Below, in pieces: positions 24,568-37,002 of a stretch of DNA of 64,000 nucleotides. Source of the DNA: Squalus acanthias (Eukaryota); the NCBI GenBank assembly GCA_030390025.1, contig CM059438.1, positions 53,198,001 through 53,262,000 of the forward strand, written 5' to 3'. The translations under genes and the position numbers were made by a program. Every line of letters starts with the position of its first letter. The first letter of the stretch is position 1. The notes under the pieces were generated by a model. That model did no database searches and was not told the DNA's origin. It saw nothing but the letters and a program-made list of their open reading frames with translations.

Positions 24568-27500
24568 CATAAGAACATAAGAAATAAGAGCAGGAGTCGG
24601 CCATACGGCCCCTCGAGCCTGCTCCGCCATTCAATAAGATCATGGCTGATCATCGACCTCAACTCCACTTTCCCGCTCAATCTCCATATCCCTTGATTCC
24701 CCTCGAGTCCAAAAATCTATCTATCTCAGCCTTGAATACTGTCAAAGACTCAGCATGCACAGCCCTCTGGGGCAGAGAATTCCAAAGATTCACAATCCTC
24801 TGAGTGAAGAAATTCCTCCTTATCTCAGTCTTAAATGGCCTACCCCTTATCCTGAGACTGTGCCCCCTAGTTCTAGACACTCCAGCCAGGGGAAGCAACC
24901 TCTCAGCATCTATCCCGTCTACCCTTCAGAATCTTGTATGTTTCAATGAGATCACCTCTCATTCTTCTAAACTCCAGAGAGTATCTGCCCATTCTACACA
25001 ATCTCTCACCATAGGACAGCCCTCTCATCCTAGGAATCAACCTAGTGAACCTTCGCCGCACCGCCTCCAAGGCAATTATATCCTTCCTTAGATAAGGAGA
25101 CCAAAACTGTGCACAGTACTCCAGGTGTGGTCTCACCAAGGCCCTGTACAATCGTAGCAAGACTTCCTTACTCTTATACTCCAACCCCCTTGCAATAAAG
25201 GCCAACATGCCATTTGCCTTCCTTATTGCTTGCTGTTCCTGCATACTAGCTTTCTGTGTTTCTAGCATGAGGACACCCAAGTCTCTCTAAACACCAACAT
25301 TTGAAAGTTTCTCACCATTTAAAAAATATTCTGTTTTTCTATTATTCCTACCAAAGTGAATAACCTCACATTTCCCTACATTATACTTCATCTGCCACCG
25401 TACTGCCCACTCACTTAGTCTATCTATATCCCTTTGTAGACTCTTTGGGGGAAAAATTCAGTTGGTTGCGCCTCCCGTTAGCGCCTTAAGAGGGCGCTAA
25501 TGGGGCGCAAAGCAACCAGCGCCCGGGCGCGGCGATGTTTACGCCGCTCGCGAAATTAACGAGACATTTTGCGGCGATGCTAAACACTACCGCCACGATC
25601 TCCTGCGCCGGCAGATCATGACGTCAGTCGAGTGCGCAACGCCCCGGTAGCGCACCGGAGCGGATATTGAGTGGCACCCCCTGCCTTACCGCCTGCCGCT
25701 AGCAACGACAGGTTGAGGGGAGCGTTTTGCAGTCAGGAAGGCACTGAGGGAGCGCTATTTAAAGGCGACCGCTTCCTGCCTTTTATTGTTGGTGACATTT
25801 TTGAACCACGCATTCTGAGAGAGAGAGAGAGAGACTTCTGGAGAGATTCAACGCTGTGTGAAGGAGTTTTGGGTACTGAGCAGCACTTTGCAGGTTCATT
25901 TTGATTTGCCCTTCCTTGTATCGATTTAGAAGAGACTGTGGGGGCTGCACTCTGAGCTCTTTCCCTGGTTCTCTCCATTGTTTTTTCCAGCAGATTTGAT
26001 GTACAGGTCTCTCCAGGCCGAGATTCAAGGTTGCAATGAGCAGGATGTGGATGGAAAGCAAGATCAACCCTTCCCTTTAAGAACTGGCCGGCGCCATTGT
26101 GTGTGTGTTCCATTGCTGACTGACATCACATGAGCTTCGCCAGCGCTCTGAGGTAGTGCCTCGCTCCTCAGCCTTTGCGCTTTAAGACAGTTGTGAAGCG
26201 CCTGATTTAGCACTCCAATCACCTCCAGGGGCGATAAAAGTCAAGTTTGCAGTCGGAGGCGATAATTAGCGCCAGGCGCTAATCTTTGCGCCCGGCCGAT
26301 AATTGCGCCCCAAATGGGGCGATACTGAATTTCTCCCCCTTTGTGTTCTCCTCATAACTTACTGTCCCACCTAGCTTTGTATCATCAGCAAACTTGGATA
26401 CATTATACTCGGTCCCTTCATCTATGTCATTAATGTAGATTGTAAATAGCTGAGGCCCCAACACTGATCCTTGCGGCACCCCACTAGTTACAGCCTGCCA
26501 ACCTGAAAAAGATCCGTTTATCCCTACTCTCTGTTTTCTGTCCATTAACCAATCCTCTATCCATGCTACTATATTACCCCCAACCCCATGAGCCCTAATC
26601 TTGTGTAATAACCTTTTATGTGGCACCTTATCGAATGCCTTTTGGAAATCCAAATATACTACATCCATTGGTTTCCCTTTATCTACCCTGCTAGTTACAT
26701 CCTCAAAAAACTCTAATAAATTTGTCAAACACGATTTCCCTTTCATAAAACCATGTTGATTCTCCCTAATCATGTTATGATTTTCTAAGTGCCCTGTTAC
26801 CACTTCCTTAACAATGGATTCCAGCATTTTCTCGATGACTGATGTCAGGCTAACTGGCCAGTAGTTCCCTGTTTTTTCTCTCCCTCTTTTCTTGAATAGC
26901 GGTGTTACATTTGCGACCTTCCAATCCGCTGGAACCATTCCAGAATCTAGGGAATTTTGGAAGATCAAAACCAATGCATCCACTATCTTTTCAGCCAGCT
27001 CTTTTAGAACCCTAGGATGTAGGCTGTCAGGTCCAAGGGATTTGTCAGCTTTAGTCCCATTAGTTTCTCTAGTACTTTTTCTCTACTTATATTAATTATG
27101 TTAAGTTCTTCACCCTTATTAGACCCTTGTTTCCCCAACATTTTTGGTATGCTTTTTGTGTCTTCTACTGTGAAGACAGATACAAAATATTTGTTTAACA
27201 TTTCTGCCATTTCCTTATTCCCCATAATAATTTCTCCTGTCTCAGCCTCTAAGGGACCAACATTTACGTTTGCTACTCTTTTCCTTTTTACATACTTGTA
27301 GAAACTCTTACAATCTGCTTTTATATTTCTTGCTAGTTTTCTATCATATTCTGTTTTTTCCCTTTTTATCAATTTTTTGGTTAACCTTTGCTGGTTTCTG
27401 AAACTCTCCCAATCCTCAGGTTTACTATTATTCTTTGCAACATTATAAGCTTCTTCTTTCAATCTAATGCTATCCTTAACTTCTTTAGTTAGCCACGGTT

Positions 27501-28088
27501 GGATCACTTTTCCCGTGGAGTTTTTGTTTCTCAATGGAATGTATTTTTGTTGAGAATTATGAACTATTTCTTTTAATGCTAGCCACTGCTTATCTACCGC
27601 CATACCTTTTAATCTATTTTTCCAACCTACCTTAGCCAATTCGCCCCTCATACCTATATAATTGGCGTTATTTAAGTTTAAGACTCTAGTTTCGGACTTA
27701 GGTAAGTCACTCTCAAAATTAAAGTGAAATTCTATCATATTATGATCACGCTGCCCCAGAGGATCCTTTACTATGAGATTGTTAATTAACCCGGTCTCAT
27801 TACACAATACAAGATGTAATATAACCTGTTCCCTTTTTTGTTCCATGACATATTGTTCTAGGAAACTGTCCCGAATGCATTCCATGAACTCATCCTCCAA
27901 TTTGCCAATTTGATTTGTCCAGTCTATATGAAGATTAAAGTCACCCAAGATTTTTGCATTACCTTTGTTGATTAATATTCTGTCCAATGGTATAGCTACT
28001 GTTAGGGGGCCTATATACTACTCCTACCAGTGTTTTCTGCCCCTTGTTATTCCTTATCTCCACCCATACTAATGCTACTTCCTGATCA
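24568..28088 (-). mobile_element. CR1 LINE (endonuclease C-part to 3' tail), interrupted by a MITE
   Basis: ORFs 27004-27987, 26279-26983, 24903-25280 and 24677-24898. Tail reads ATAAGAACATAAGAA on the + strand. Confidence 0.92.
25447..26339 (+). mobile_element. Harbinger family A MITE (893 bp)
   Basis: TIRs GGGGGAAAAATTCAG / CTGAATTTCTCCCCC, TSD TTT, termini homologous to A2. Confidence 0.93.
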
Positions 28089-29250
28089 TGAGATCATTGA
28101 ATCTCTTGCGGCACTAGATCGAGGTCCTCCGCACCACATCCCTGCTGCTGACCTCCTCTGCAATGTCTAGCCATGTCCATTTTATGTCTTTGGCTGGTCG
28201 TTTTCGTCCATCCCCAGGGAAGAGGACCTCCCTGCGTGCTCTTACTCCCTGCACCAGAACTTCCAGGGAGGCATCTGTGAATCTTGGCGCTGCCCTCTGT
28301 CTTGTCTCCATGACCCACAGATTTGTCAGTCTTATTCTTTAATTTAGAGCTCTTGAAACCACCTTCTACACTCCTACACCAACCTTCAAATGACATGTAT
28401 CAAAGGCTGCTTTAAATATTGGCACTGAAATGGTCATCAGACCTGCCCCATTTAATTGGGCCGGGAAACATGCATGAGTCTTTCAATTGGTGCCAGTAAG
28501 TTAAACACGCAGTGCAGAACATGCTGTGCCAATCTTTGGGTTCCCGGCCCACTACACGGCCCGCACGCCCCCGACCCCGACTCCAAGTTAAAGATTCCGG
28601 CCAATGTTTCAGGTCATCAGAACTGGGAAAAGTTAGAGATGTAACAGGTTTTAAGCAAGTGCAGGTGCAGGGAAAGGGGGGAGGGGAGAAAAGAACAAAA
28701 GGGAAGGTCTGTGATAGGGTGGAAAGCAGGAGAGATTAAATGACAAAAGGGATGATGATGCAAGGCTAAAGGAGATGGTAATAGGACAAGTAAAAAAACA
28801 AAAGATGGGTCTAGAGGAGGTGTAAATGACAATGGCAGAATCATTACCAGCATCTGTCTGAGCAGTGGTTGTGATCTGAAAATTTCACTCAGTCTTGAGT
28901 CCAGAGGGCTGTAAAGTGCCTAATCGAAAGGTGAGGTGCTGTTCCTCAAGCTTACGTTGAGCTTTATTAGTACAGTGTAAGAGGCCGAAGACAGAGAGGA
29001 CTGAGTGGGAGTGGAGCAGAGAATTAAAGTGACAAGTGACCGGAAGCTCGGGGTTACCCTTACAGACTGAATGGAGGTGTTCAGCAAAGCGATCACCCAA
29101 TCTGCGTTTGGTCTCCCCAGTGTAGAGGAGACCACATCGTGAGCAACGAATACAGTATACTAAATTGTGAGAAGTACAAGTAAATCGCTGTTTCACCTGG
29201 AAGGAGTGTTTGGGGTCCTGGATAGTGGGAAGGAAAGAGTTAAAGGCCAG

Positions 29251-30142
29251 GGGGGAGAAATTCAGTATCGCCCCATTTGGGGCGCAATTATCGGCCGGGC
29301 GCAAAGATTAGCGCCTGGCGCTAATTATCACCTCCGACTGCAAACTTGACTTTTATCGCCCCTGGAGGTGATTGGAGTGCTAAATCAGGCGCTTCACACC
29401 TGTCTTAAGGCGCAAAGGCCTGGGAGCGAGGCGCTAACTCAGAGCGCTGGCGAAGCTCATGTGATGTCAGTCAGCAATGGAACACACACACAATGGCGCT
29501 GGCCAGTTCTTAAAGGGGAGGGTTGATCTTGCTTTCCATCCACATCCTGCTCATTGCAAACTTGAATCTCGGGCTGGAGAGAATTGTACATCAAATCTGC
29601 TGGAAAGAACAATGGAGAGAACCAGGGAAAGAGCTCAGAGTGCAGCCCCCACAATCTCTTCTAAATCGATACAAGGAAGGGCAAATCAAAATGAACCTGC
29701 AAAGTGCTGCTCAGTACCCAAAACTCCTTCACACAGCGTTGAATCTCTCCAGAAGTCTCTCTCTCACTCTCTCAGAATGCATGGTTCCAAAATATCAACA
29801 ACAATAAAAGGCAGGAAGCGGTCGCCTTTAAATAGCGCTCCCTCAGTTCCTTCCTGACTGCAAAACGTTCCCCTCAACCTGTCGTTGCTAGCGGCAGGCG
29901 GTAAGGCAGGGTCGCCACTCAATATCCGCTCCGGGGCGCTACCGGGGCGTTGCGCACTCGACTGATGTCACGATCTGCCGGCGCAGGAGATCATGGCGGT
30001 AGTGTTTAGCGCCGCCGCAAAATGTCTAGTTAATTTCGCGAGCGGCGCAAACATCACCGCGCCCGGGCGCTAGTTGCTTTACGCCCCATTAGCGCCCTCT
30101 TAAGGCGCTAACGGGAGGCGCAACCAACTGAATTTTCCCCCC
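29251..30142 (-). mobile_element. Harbinger family A MITE (892 bp), inverted relative to 25447-26339
   Basis: Same TIRs, TSD CAG, and near-identical to the reverse complement of 25447-26339. Confidence 0.93.
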
Positions 30143-30212
30143 CAGGTGTTGCATCTCCTGCACTTGTACGGGAAGGTGCCGTGGGAAGGGGAGGGGGCTG
30201 TTGGGGGTGATT

Positions 30213-30527
30213 TAAAAAAAAAATTTTTATTATTCGTTTATGGGATCAGGGCATCGCTGGCAAGGCCAGCATTTATTGCCCATCCCTAGTTGCCCTTGAG
30301 AAGGTGGTGGTGAGCCGCCTTCTTGAACCACTGCAGTCCGTGTGGTGAAGGTATTCCCACGGTGCTGTTAGGTAGGGAGTTCCAGGATTTTGACCCAGTG
30401 ACGATGAAGGATCGGCGATATACTTCTAAGTCAGGATGGTGTGTGATGTGGAGGGGAACTTGGAGGTGGTGGTGTTCCCATGCGCCTGCTGCCCTTGTCC
30501 TTCTAGGTGGAAGAGGTTGCGGGTTTG
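30213..30527 (-). mobile_element. 3' end fragment of a second CR1/L2-group LINE
   Basis: Minus strand reads ...LQWFKKAAHHHLLKGN* followed by GGATGGGCAATAAATGCTGGCCTTGCCAGCGATGCCC. It interrupts the PLE. Confidence 0.7.
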
Positions 30528-31075
30528 GGATTGAGGAGTGGACCAGGGTGTTGCGGAGGGAGTGGTCCCTTCGGAATGCTGAAAGGGGAGGGGAGGGGAA
30601 GATGTGTTTGGTGGTGGGATCACGCTGGAGGTGGCGGAAATGGCGGAGGTGATTCGTTGAATGTGGAGGCTGGTGGGGTGGAAGGTGAGGACAAGGGGAA
30701 CCCTATCATGGTTCTGGGAGGGAGGAGAAAGGGTGAGAGCAGGAAATGGGATGCACACGGTCGCGTGCCCTGTCAACCACGGTGGAGGGGAAACCTTGTT
30801 TGAGAAAAAAGGAAGTTAAAGAGTCGGGGAGTGAGACTAATTGGATTTCGCTTCGAAAGAGTCGGCTCCGACGCGAAGTAACGAATAGCCTCCTTCTGTG
30901 CTGAACTATTCTATGATTCCATGATCCTATACGGAGTGATTATTTGCGCAAACAAATTTGAGTCATTCTTCGCAGACGCACTGTATAGCAACGGAGCCTA
31001 AAGACCGTCCTGCCCGCCGCCGGAACCATGCATCCGCACCCATCATTCCAAACGCGCATGAGCCTAGGTTTCCTG

Positions 31076-34000
31076 CAGCTCAAACCCCGACCCCAGAGCC
31101 CATTCACCGGCCGTAGGCCCAGCTCAAACCCCGACCCCGGAGCCCATTCACCGGCCGTAGGCCCAGCTCAAACCCCGACCCCAGAGCCCATTCACCGGCC
31201 GTAGGCCCAGCTCAAATCCCAACCACGGAACCCATTCACCGGTCCTAGACCCAGCTCAAACCCCGACCCCAGAGCCCATTCACCGGCCGTAGGCCCAGCT
31301 CAAACCCCGACCTCAGAGACCATTCACCGGCCGTAGGCCCAGCTCGAACCCCGACCCCAGAGCCCATTCACCGGTCCTAGACCCAGCTCAAACCCCGACC
31401 TCAGAGACCATTCACCGGCCGTAGGCCCAGCTCGAACCCCGACCCCAGAGCCCATTCACCTGTCCTAGGCCCAGCTCAAACCCCGACCTCAGAGACCATT
31501 CACCGGCCGTAGGCCCAGCTCGAACCCCGACCTCAGAGACCATTCACCGGCCGTAGGCCCAGCTCGAACCCCGACCTCAGAGACCATTCACACGGCCGTA
31601 GGCCCAGCTCGAACCCCGACCTCAGAGACCATTCACCGGCCGTAGGCCCAGCTCAAACCCCGACCCCAGAGACCATTCACCGGCCGTAGGCCCAGCTCAA
31701 ACCCCGACCCCAGAGACCATTCACCTGTCCTAGGCCCAGCTCAAACCCCGACCCCAGAGACCATTCACCTGTCCTAGGCCCAGCTCAAACCCCGACCCCA
31801 GCGACCATTCACCGGTCCCAGGCCTCAGCTCAAACCCCGACCCCAGAGCCCATTCACCGGTCCTAGGCTCAGCTCAAACCCCGACCCCAGAGACCATTCA
31901 CCGGTCCTAGGCTCAGCTCAAACCCCGACCCCGGAGACCATTCACCGGCCGTAGGCCCAGCTCAAACCCCGACCCCGGAGACCATTCACCGGCCGTAGGC
32001 CCAGCTCAAACCCCGACCCCGGAGACCATTCACCGGTCCTAGGCTCAGCTCAAACCCCGACCCCGGAGACCATTCACCGGCCGTAGGCCCAGCTCAAACC
32101 CCGACCCCAGAGACCATTCACCGGCCGTAGGCCCAGCTCAAACCCCGACCCCGGAGACCATTCACCGGCCGTAGGCCCAGCTCAAACCCCGACCCCGGAG
32201 ACCATTCACCGGCCGTAGGCCCAGCTCAAACCCCGACCCCAGAGACCTTTCACCGGCCGTAGGCTCAGCTCAAACCCCGACCCCGGAGACCATTCACCGG
32301 CCGTAGGCCCAGCTCAAACCCCGACCCCAGAGACCTTTCACCGGCCGTAGGCTCAGCTCAAACCCCGACCCCAGAGACCATTCACTGGCTGCAGGCCCAG
32401 CTCAAACCCCGACCCCAGAGACCATTCACCGGCCGTAGGCCCAGCTCAAACCCCGACCTCAGAGACCATTCACCGGCCGTAGGCCCAGCTCGAACCCCGA
32501 CCCCAGAGACCATTCACCGGCCGTAGGCCCAGCTCAAACCCCGACCCCAGAGCCCATTCACCTGTCCTAGGCCCAGCTCAAACCCCGACCCCAGCGACCA
32601 TTCACCGGCCGTAGGCCCAGCTCAAACCCCGACCCCAGAGACCATTCACTGGCTGCAGGCCCAGCTCAAACCCCGACCCCAGAGACCATTCACTGGCTGC
32701 AGGCCCAGCTCAAACCCCGACCCCAGAGACCATTCACTGGCTGCAGGCCCAGCTCAAACCCCGACCCCAGCGACCATTCACCGGTCCTAGGCCCAGAACA
32801 TAGGGTCTAATGAGAGGGAGGAACTGAATGAAATCAGTATTTGTAGGGAAATGGTGTTAGGGAAATTGACGGGATTGAAGGCCGATAAATCCCCAGAGCC
32901 TGATAATCTCCATCCTAGGGTACTTAAGGAAGTGGCCCTAGAAATAGTAGATGCATTGCTGGTCATCTTCCAAAATTCTATAGACTCTGGAACAGTTCCC
33001 ATGGATTGGAGGGTAGCTAATGTTACCCCACTGTTCAAAAAAGGTGGGAGAGAAAAAACGGGGAATTACAGACCAGTAAGCCTGACATCGGTAGTGGGGA
33101 AAATGCTAGAGTCCATTAGAAAAGATGTAATAGCAGAGCACTTGGAAAACAGTGACAGGATCGGACAAAGTCAACATGGATTTACAAAAGGTAAATCGTG
33201 CTTGACTAATCTACTGGAATTTTTTGAGGATGTAACTGATAGAATAGATAAGGGAGAACCAGTGGATGTGGTGTATTTGGACATTCAGAAGGCTTTTGAT
33301 AAGGTCCCGCATAAGAGATTAGTGTGTAAAGTTAAGGCACATGGGATTGGGGGTAAGGTACTGACTTGGATAGAGAACTGGTTGGTAGACAGGAAGCAAA
33401 GAGTTGGAATAAACGGGTCTTTTTCCAAGTGGCAGGCAGTGACTAGTGGGGTTCTGCAGGGATCGGTCCTAGGACCCCAGCTATTCACAATATATATTAA
33501 TGATCTAGACGAGGGAACTAGATGTAATATCTCCAAGTTTGCAGATGTCACAAAGCTGGGTGGGTGTGTGTGCTGCGAGGAGGATGCCGAGAAACTCCAG
33601 TATGATTTGGACAGGTTGGGTGATTGGGCAGAAGCATAGCAGATGCAGTATAATGTGGATAAATGCGAGGTTATCCACTTTGGTGGCAAAAACAGAAAGG
33701 CAGATTATTATCTGAATGGCAATAGATTGGGAGAAGGGGAAGTGCAACGAGACCTGGGTGTCCTTGTGCACCAGTCGCTGAAGGTAAGCATGCAGGTACA
33801 GCAGGCGGTTAAGAAGGCAAATGGTATGTTGGCCTTCATAGCGAGAGGATTCGAGTACAGGAGCAAGGATGTCTTGCTGCAGTTGTACAGGGCCTTGGTG
33901 AGACCACACCTTGAGTATTGTGTGCAGTTTTGGTCGCCTTATCTGAGGAAGGATGTTCTTGCCATGGAGGGTGTGCAGCGAAGATTCACCAGACTGATAC

Positions 34001-34696
34001 TTGGGATGACAGGAATGACGTACGAGGAGAGATTGGGTCGATTGGGCTTATACTTGCTGGAGTTTAGAAGAATGAGAGGGGATCTCATTGAAACTTATAA
34101 AATTCTAACAGGACTAGACAGACTGGATGCAGGAAGGATGTTCCCGATGGCGGGTGAGTCCAGAACAAGAGGTCACAGTCTAAAAATAAGGGGTAAGCCA
34201 TTTAGGACTGAGATGAGGAGGAATTTCTTCACCCAGAGAGTGGTGAACCTGTGGTATTCTCTACCACAGAAGGCAGTTGAGGCCAAGTCAGTAAATATAT
34301 TCAAGAAGGAGTTAGATATATTTCTTAAGGCTAAAGGTATCAAGGGATATGGGGAGAAGGCAGGGACAGGGTACTGAGTTTGGATGATCAGCCATGATCT
34401 CATCGAATGGTGGAGCAGGCTAGAGGGGCCGAATGGCCTACTCCTGCTCCTATCTTCTATGTTTCTATGTTTCAAACCCCGACCCCAGAGACCATTCACC
34501 GGCCGTAGGCCCAGCTCAAACCCCGACCTCAGAGACCATTCACCGGCTGTAGGCCCAGCTCAAACCCCGGAGCCTGGAGACCAGTCACCGGCTGTAGGCC
34601 CAGCTCAAACCCTGGAGCCTGGAGACCAGTCACCGGCTGTAGGCCCAGCTCAAACCCCGGAGCCTGGAGACCATTCACCAGCTGTAGGCCCAGCTC
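31076..34696. repeat. CpG-rich 43-45-bp minisatellite (31076-32796 and 34473-34696), split by a CR1
   Basis: Unit CCAGCTCAAACCCCGACCCCAGAGACCATTCACCGGCCGTAGGC, roughly 44 copies. Confidence 0.95.
32797..34472 (+). mobile_element. 5'-truncated CR1 LINE inserted in the minisatellite
   Basis: RT ORFs 32851-33639 and 33643-34377 separated by one stop. Tail TTCTATGTTTCTATGT. Confidence 0.93.
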
Positions 34697-35201
34697 GGTG
34701 GTGGGGGGAAGGACAGGAACTCAGGGGTGGGGGGGGGAAGGTCAGGAACTTGTTGGGGGGAGAAGGTCAGAAACTTGTTGGGGGGAGAAGATCCTAACCC
34801 AGGGGGGTAAGCCCTGTCTGTTCTCTGAAAGCAGTAGTGTTAACACTGCGAGCTCTGGAGCCTGGCTGTCACAATGAATGGATCAAATTATACATTGCAA
34901 AAATCTTGATTACTCAGGCAGGCAGGATCTAATTACACATTCCAAACTGTTGGGTGTGTCTTGTCCTCCAAGGGGACCAATCAGAAATTTGGTGTTGCAA
35001 ATAGTTACAGCCAATTCTATATCGGAAGCTCTGGTGTGAAAAGTGGCATTGTCAGAACAGATCCGACGGAGACAGAGAAACTGGGAAAATGGAATAGAGT
35101 CCTTACAGGAAGCGGGGTCTGAAGAACGTGTAATCAAGGCAGCTGTGGGAGTCAGTGGGCTTAAAGTAGATATTGGTCAATAGCCTATCCCTAGAAATGA
35201 A

Positions 35202-35790
35202 GCCATGATGTGGAGATGCCGGTGTTGGACTGGGGTGGACAAATGTGAGAAGTCGCACAACACCAGGTTATAGTCCAACAGCTTTATTTGAAATCACAAG
35301 CTTTCGGAGCGCTGCTCCTTCGTCAGGTGAAGTGAAGAGATGCATATAGGCACAGCATAAATAGTCAGAGAACACTGCCAGATGATTACAGTTAATCTTT
35401 CTAACTGCCCTTTATCACACCTCGGCAGAGAGATAATCACGGCAATCAAAGGTGTGGATGGTGTCCAAACAGGTCAGTCAGGAAAACATTACATCAAAGA
35501 CAATGAGGTGGGGTCACAAGGGGTCAAATGTGGCAGAGGCTGGGGTCTGTGTGGAAAACAAAAAACTGTTTTTGCTGGAAATCACAGCAGGTCCGGCCGC
35601 ATCTGTGTAGAGAGAACAAGCCAACGACGACTCGAGTCTGGATGACTCTACGTCAGGTGGGGTTACATGTCGCGTGACATGAACCCAAGATTCTGGTTAA
35701 GGCCGTCTTCATGGGTGCAGAACTTGGCTGTCAGTTTCTGCTCGACGATTTTGTGTTGTCGTGTGTCTCGAAGGCCGCCTTGGAGAACGC
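35202..35790 (-). mobile_element. Second-family PLE 3' fragment nested in the first, with a short PLE-tail insert at ~35555-35657
   Basis: VLQGGLRDTRQHKIVEQKL...GLN (GIY-YIG C-terminus). The terminal sequence recurs at ~58187-58376. Confidence 0.75.
35294..35330 (-). ncRNA. Minimal type I hammerhead-ribozyme-like motif
   Basis: Minus strand: TCAC-CTGACGA-A-GGAGC(AGC)GCTCC-GAAA-GC-TT-GTGA, with a palindromic AAGCTT stem III region. Confidence 0.75.
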
Positions 35791-37002
35791 CTAGAAATGA
35801 AGACAGAGAAGTCAAGGAAGCAAAGAGAAGAGCCAGAGATGGACCATGTGAAGGCGAGGGAGGGATGGAAATTGGAAGCAAAATTAATGAAATTTTCTAG
35901 TTTAGGGTGAGAGCATCAATGTATCGGAAAAAGAGGTGAGGGAGGGGACCTGAGTAGGACGCGGAACAAAGGCAAACATGGCTAGGACCCAAACGGGTTC
36001 CCACGTAACACCTTTTATTTGGAGGAAGTGAGTGGAGTCAAAGAAGAAGTTGTTCAATGTAAGAACAAGTTCAGCCAGGCGGAGGAGGGTGGTGGTGGAT
36101 GGGGACTGGTTGGGCCTCTGTTCAAGGAAGAAGCGGAGAGCCCTCAGGCCATCCTGGTGGGGGATGGAGGTGTAGAGGGATTGGACGTCCATGGTGAAAA
36201 GGAGACGGAAAGGGCCAGAAAACTGGAAACTGTGAAAACATTATTCTATTTGTACATTTACACCAAGACAGAGTAGGATACAATAGAATAAAATTGGTCC
36301 CTTTATTCTATATACTGATTTACACCAAGACTGGGAAGGATAGAGTCACTCATTAACCTAATGATTATAAGTTAATACGATCACATTTCTTATTACTGAG
36401 CCACCAAAGCGACGGTATCTCTGGCACTCAGAAATGAGATTCCAGCTTCATCCGTATATCTCTTCAATTCCCTGGAGAAAGGGTGGAAGCTCAGCCTGAC
36501 CTGTGCTGCATAATTTAGCGACTGGATGAAGAACACTTAATAGAATGATAAGCCTCAGTGTTATTGACTGCTGTGTAATTTAAACATGCATTTTTAAAAT
36601 ACCCATAAATGCCTGTCAGATTGATGATATAATTAGTAAGCACAAATGAAAAGCAATTAAACTTCATGTTTCTGATAACTTGTTTCTAACCATTCACTCT
36701 CTACCACTGCTCTTTTGTGTGCTCTTGTAAGCGAGTATTTGCTGACTGATTTCCTTTTTAACTCCCTGTATTATATGTGAACAATAATGGAAACGGCACT
36801 ATATTCCTCTATGCCAGCTCTTGTATCAGTAGCCTTATGTTTTTTGTGCCCACAGTCACGGGTGCCAGGCCAGGAATAATCTGGAAGGGTTATCTGGCCA
36901 TGAGGTTCTACCCTTGGGAAGTAAGGTTGACTCCCCTTTTTCAAATCGAAGGGCAATTGGGTTTTTAAATCATGAATAGTTCTGGAATATATATTCTAGT
37001 AT

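Larger units (their letters stand above)
14900..28311 (-). pseudogene. Harbinger B Myb/SANT partner gene: exon 1 28311-~28090 plus ~24570-24556, exon 2 16220-16061, exon 3 15905-~14900
   Basis: METRQRAAPRFTDASLEVLV...W...I*CRKRFNDL|MRSGK, then EKRAHNSRERERTRGGPP. AG/GT boundaries at exons 2 and 3. Stops, frameshifts and CR1 insertions. Confidence 0.82.
12903..28602 (+). mobile_element. PIF/Harbinger transposon, family B, expanded by two CR1 insertions
   Basis: TIRs GGGCGGAATTTT / AAGATTCCGGCC with TSD AAT. Removal restores the PLE sequence GAGTT-AAT-GTTTCAGGTC. Confidence 0.88.
12828..36238 (-). mobile_element. Penelope-like element fragmented by nested insertions (pieces 12828-12902, 28603-29250, 30143-~30212, ~30528-30815, 35019-~35201, ~35791-36238)
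   Basis: RT (MDVQSLYTSIPH, 35902-36192), SIPFSQFL...RICSD (35019-35137), RVPLVLTFHP (30426-30776) and GIY-YIG (LVYCIRCSRCGLLYTGETKR, 28885-29250) are collinear. TSD CATTATTCTAT at 12817-12827 and 36239-36249. Confidence 0.85.

Noticed and set aside
36390..36535. Minus-strand frame FFIQSLNYAAQVRL...ALVAQ* as a terminal host exon
   Set aside because: Weak acceptor, no recognisable homology and no partner exons.
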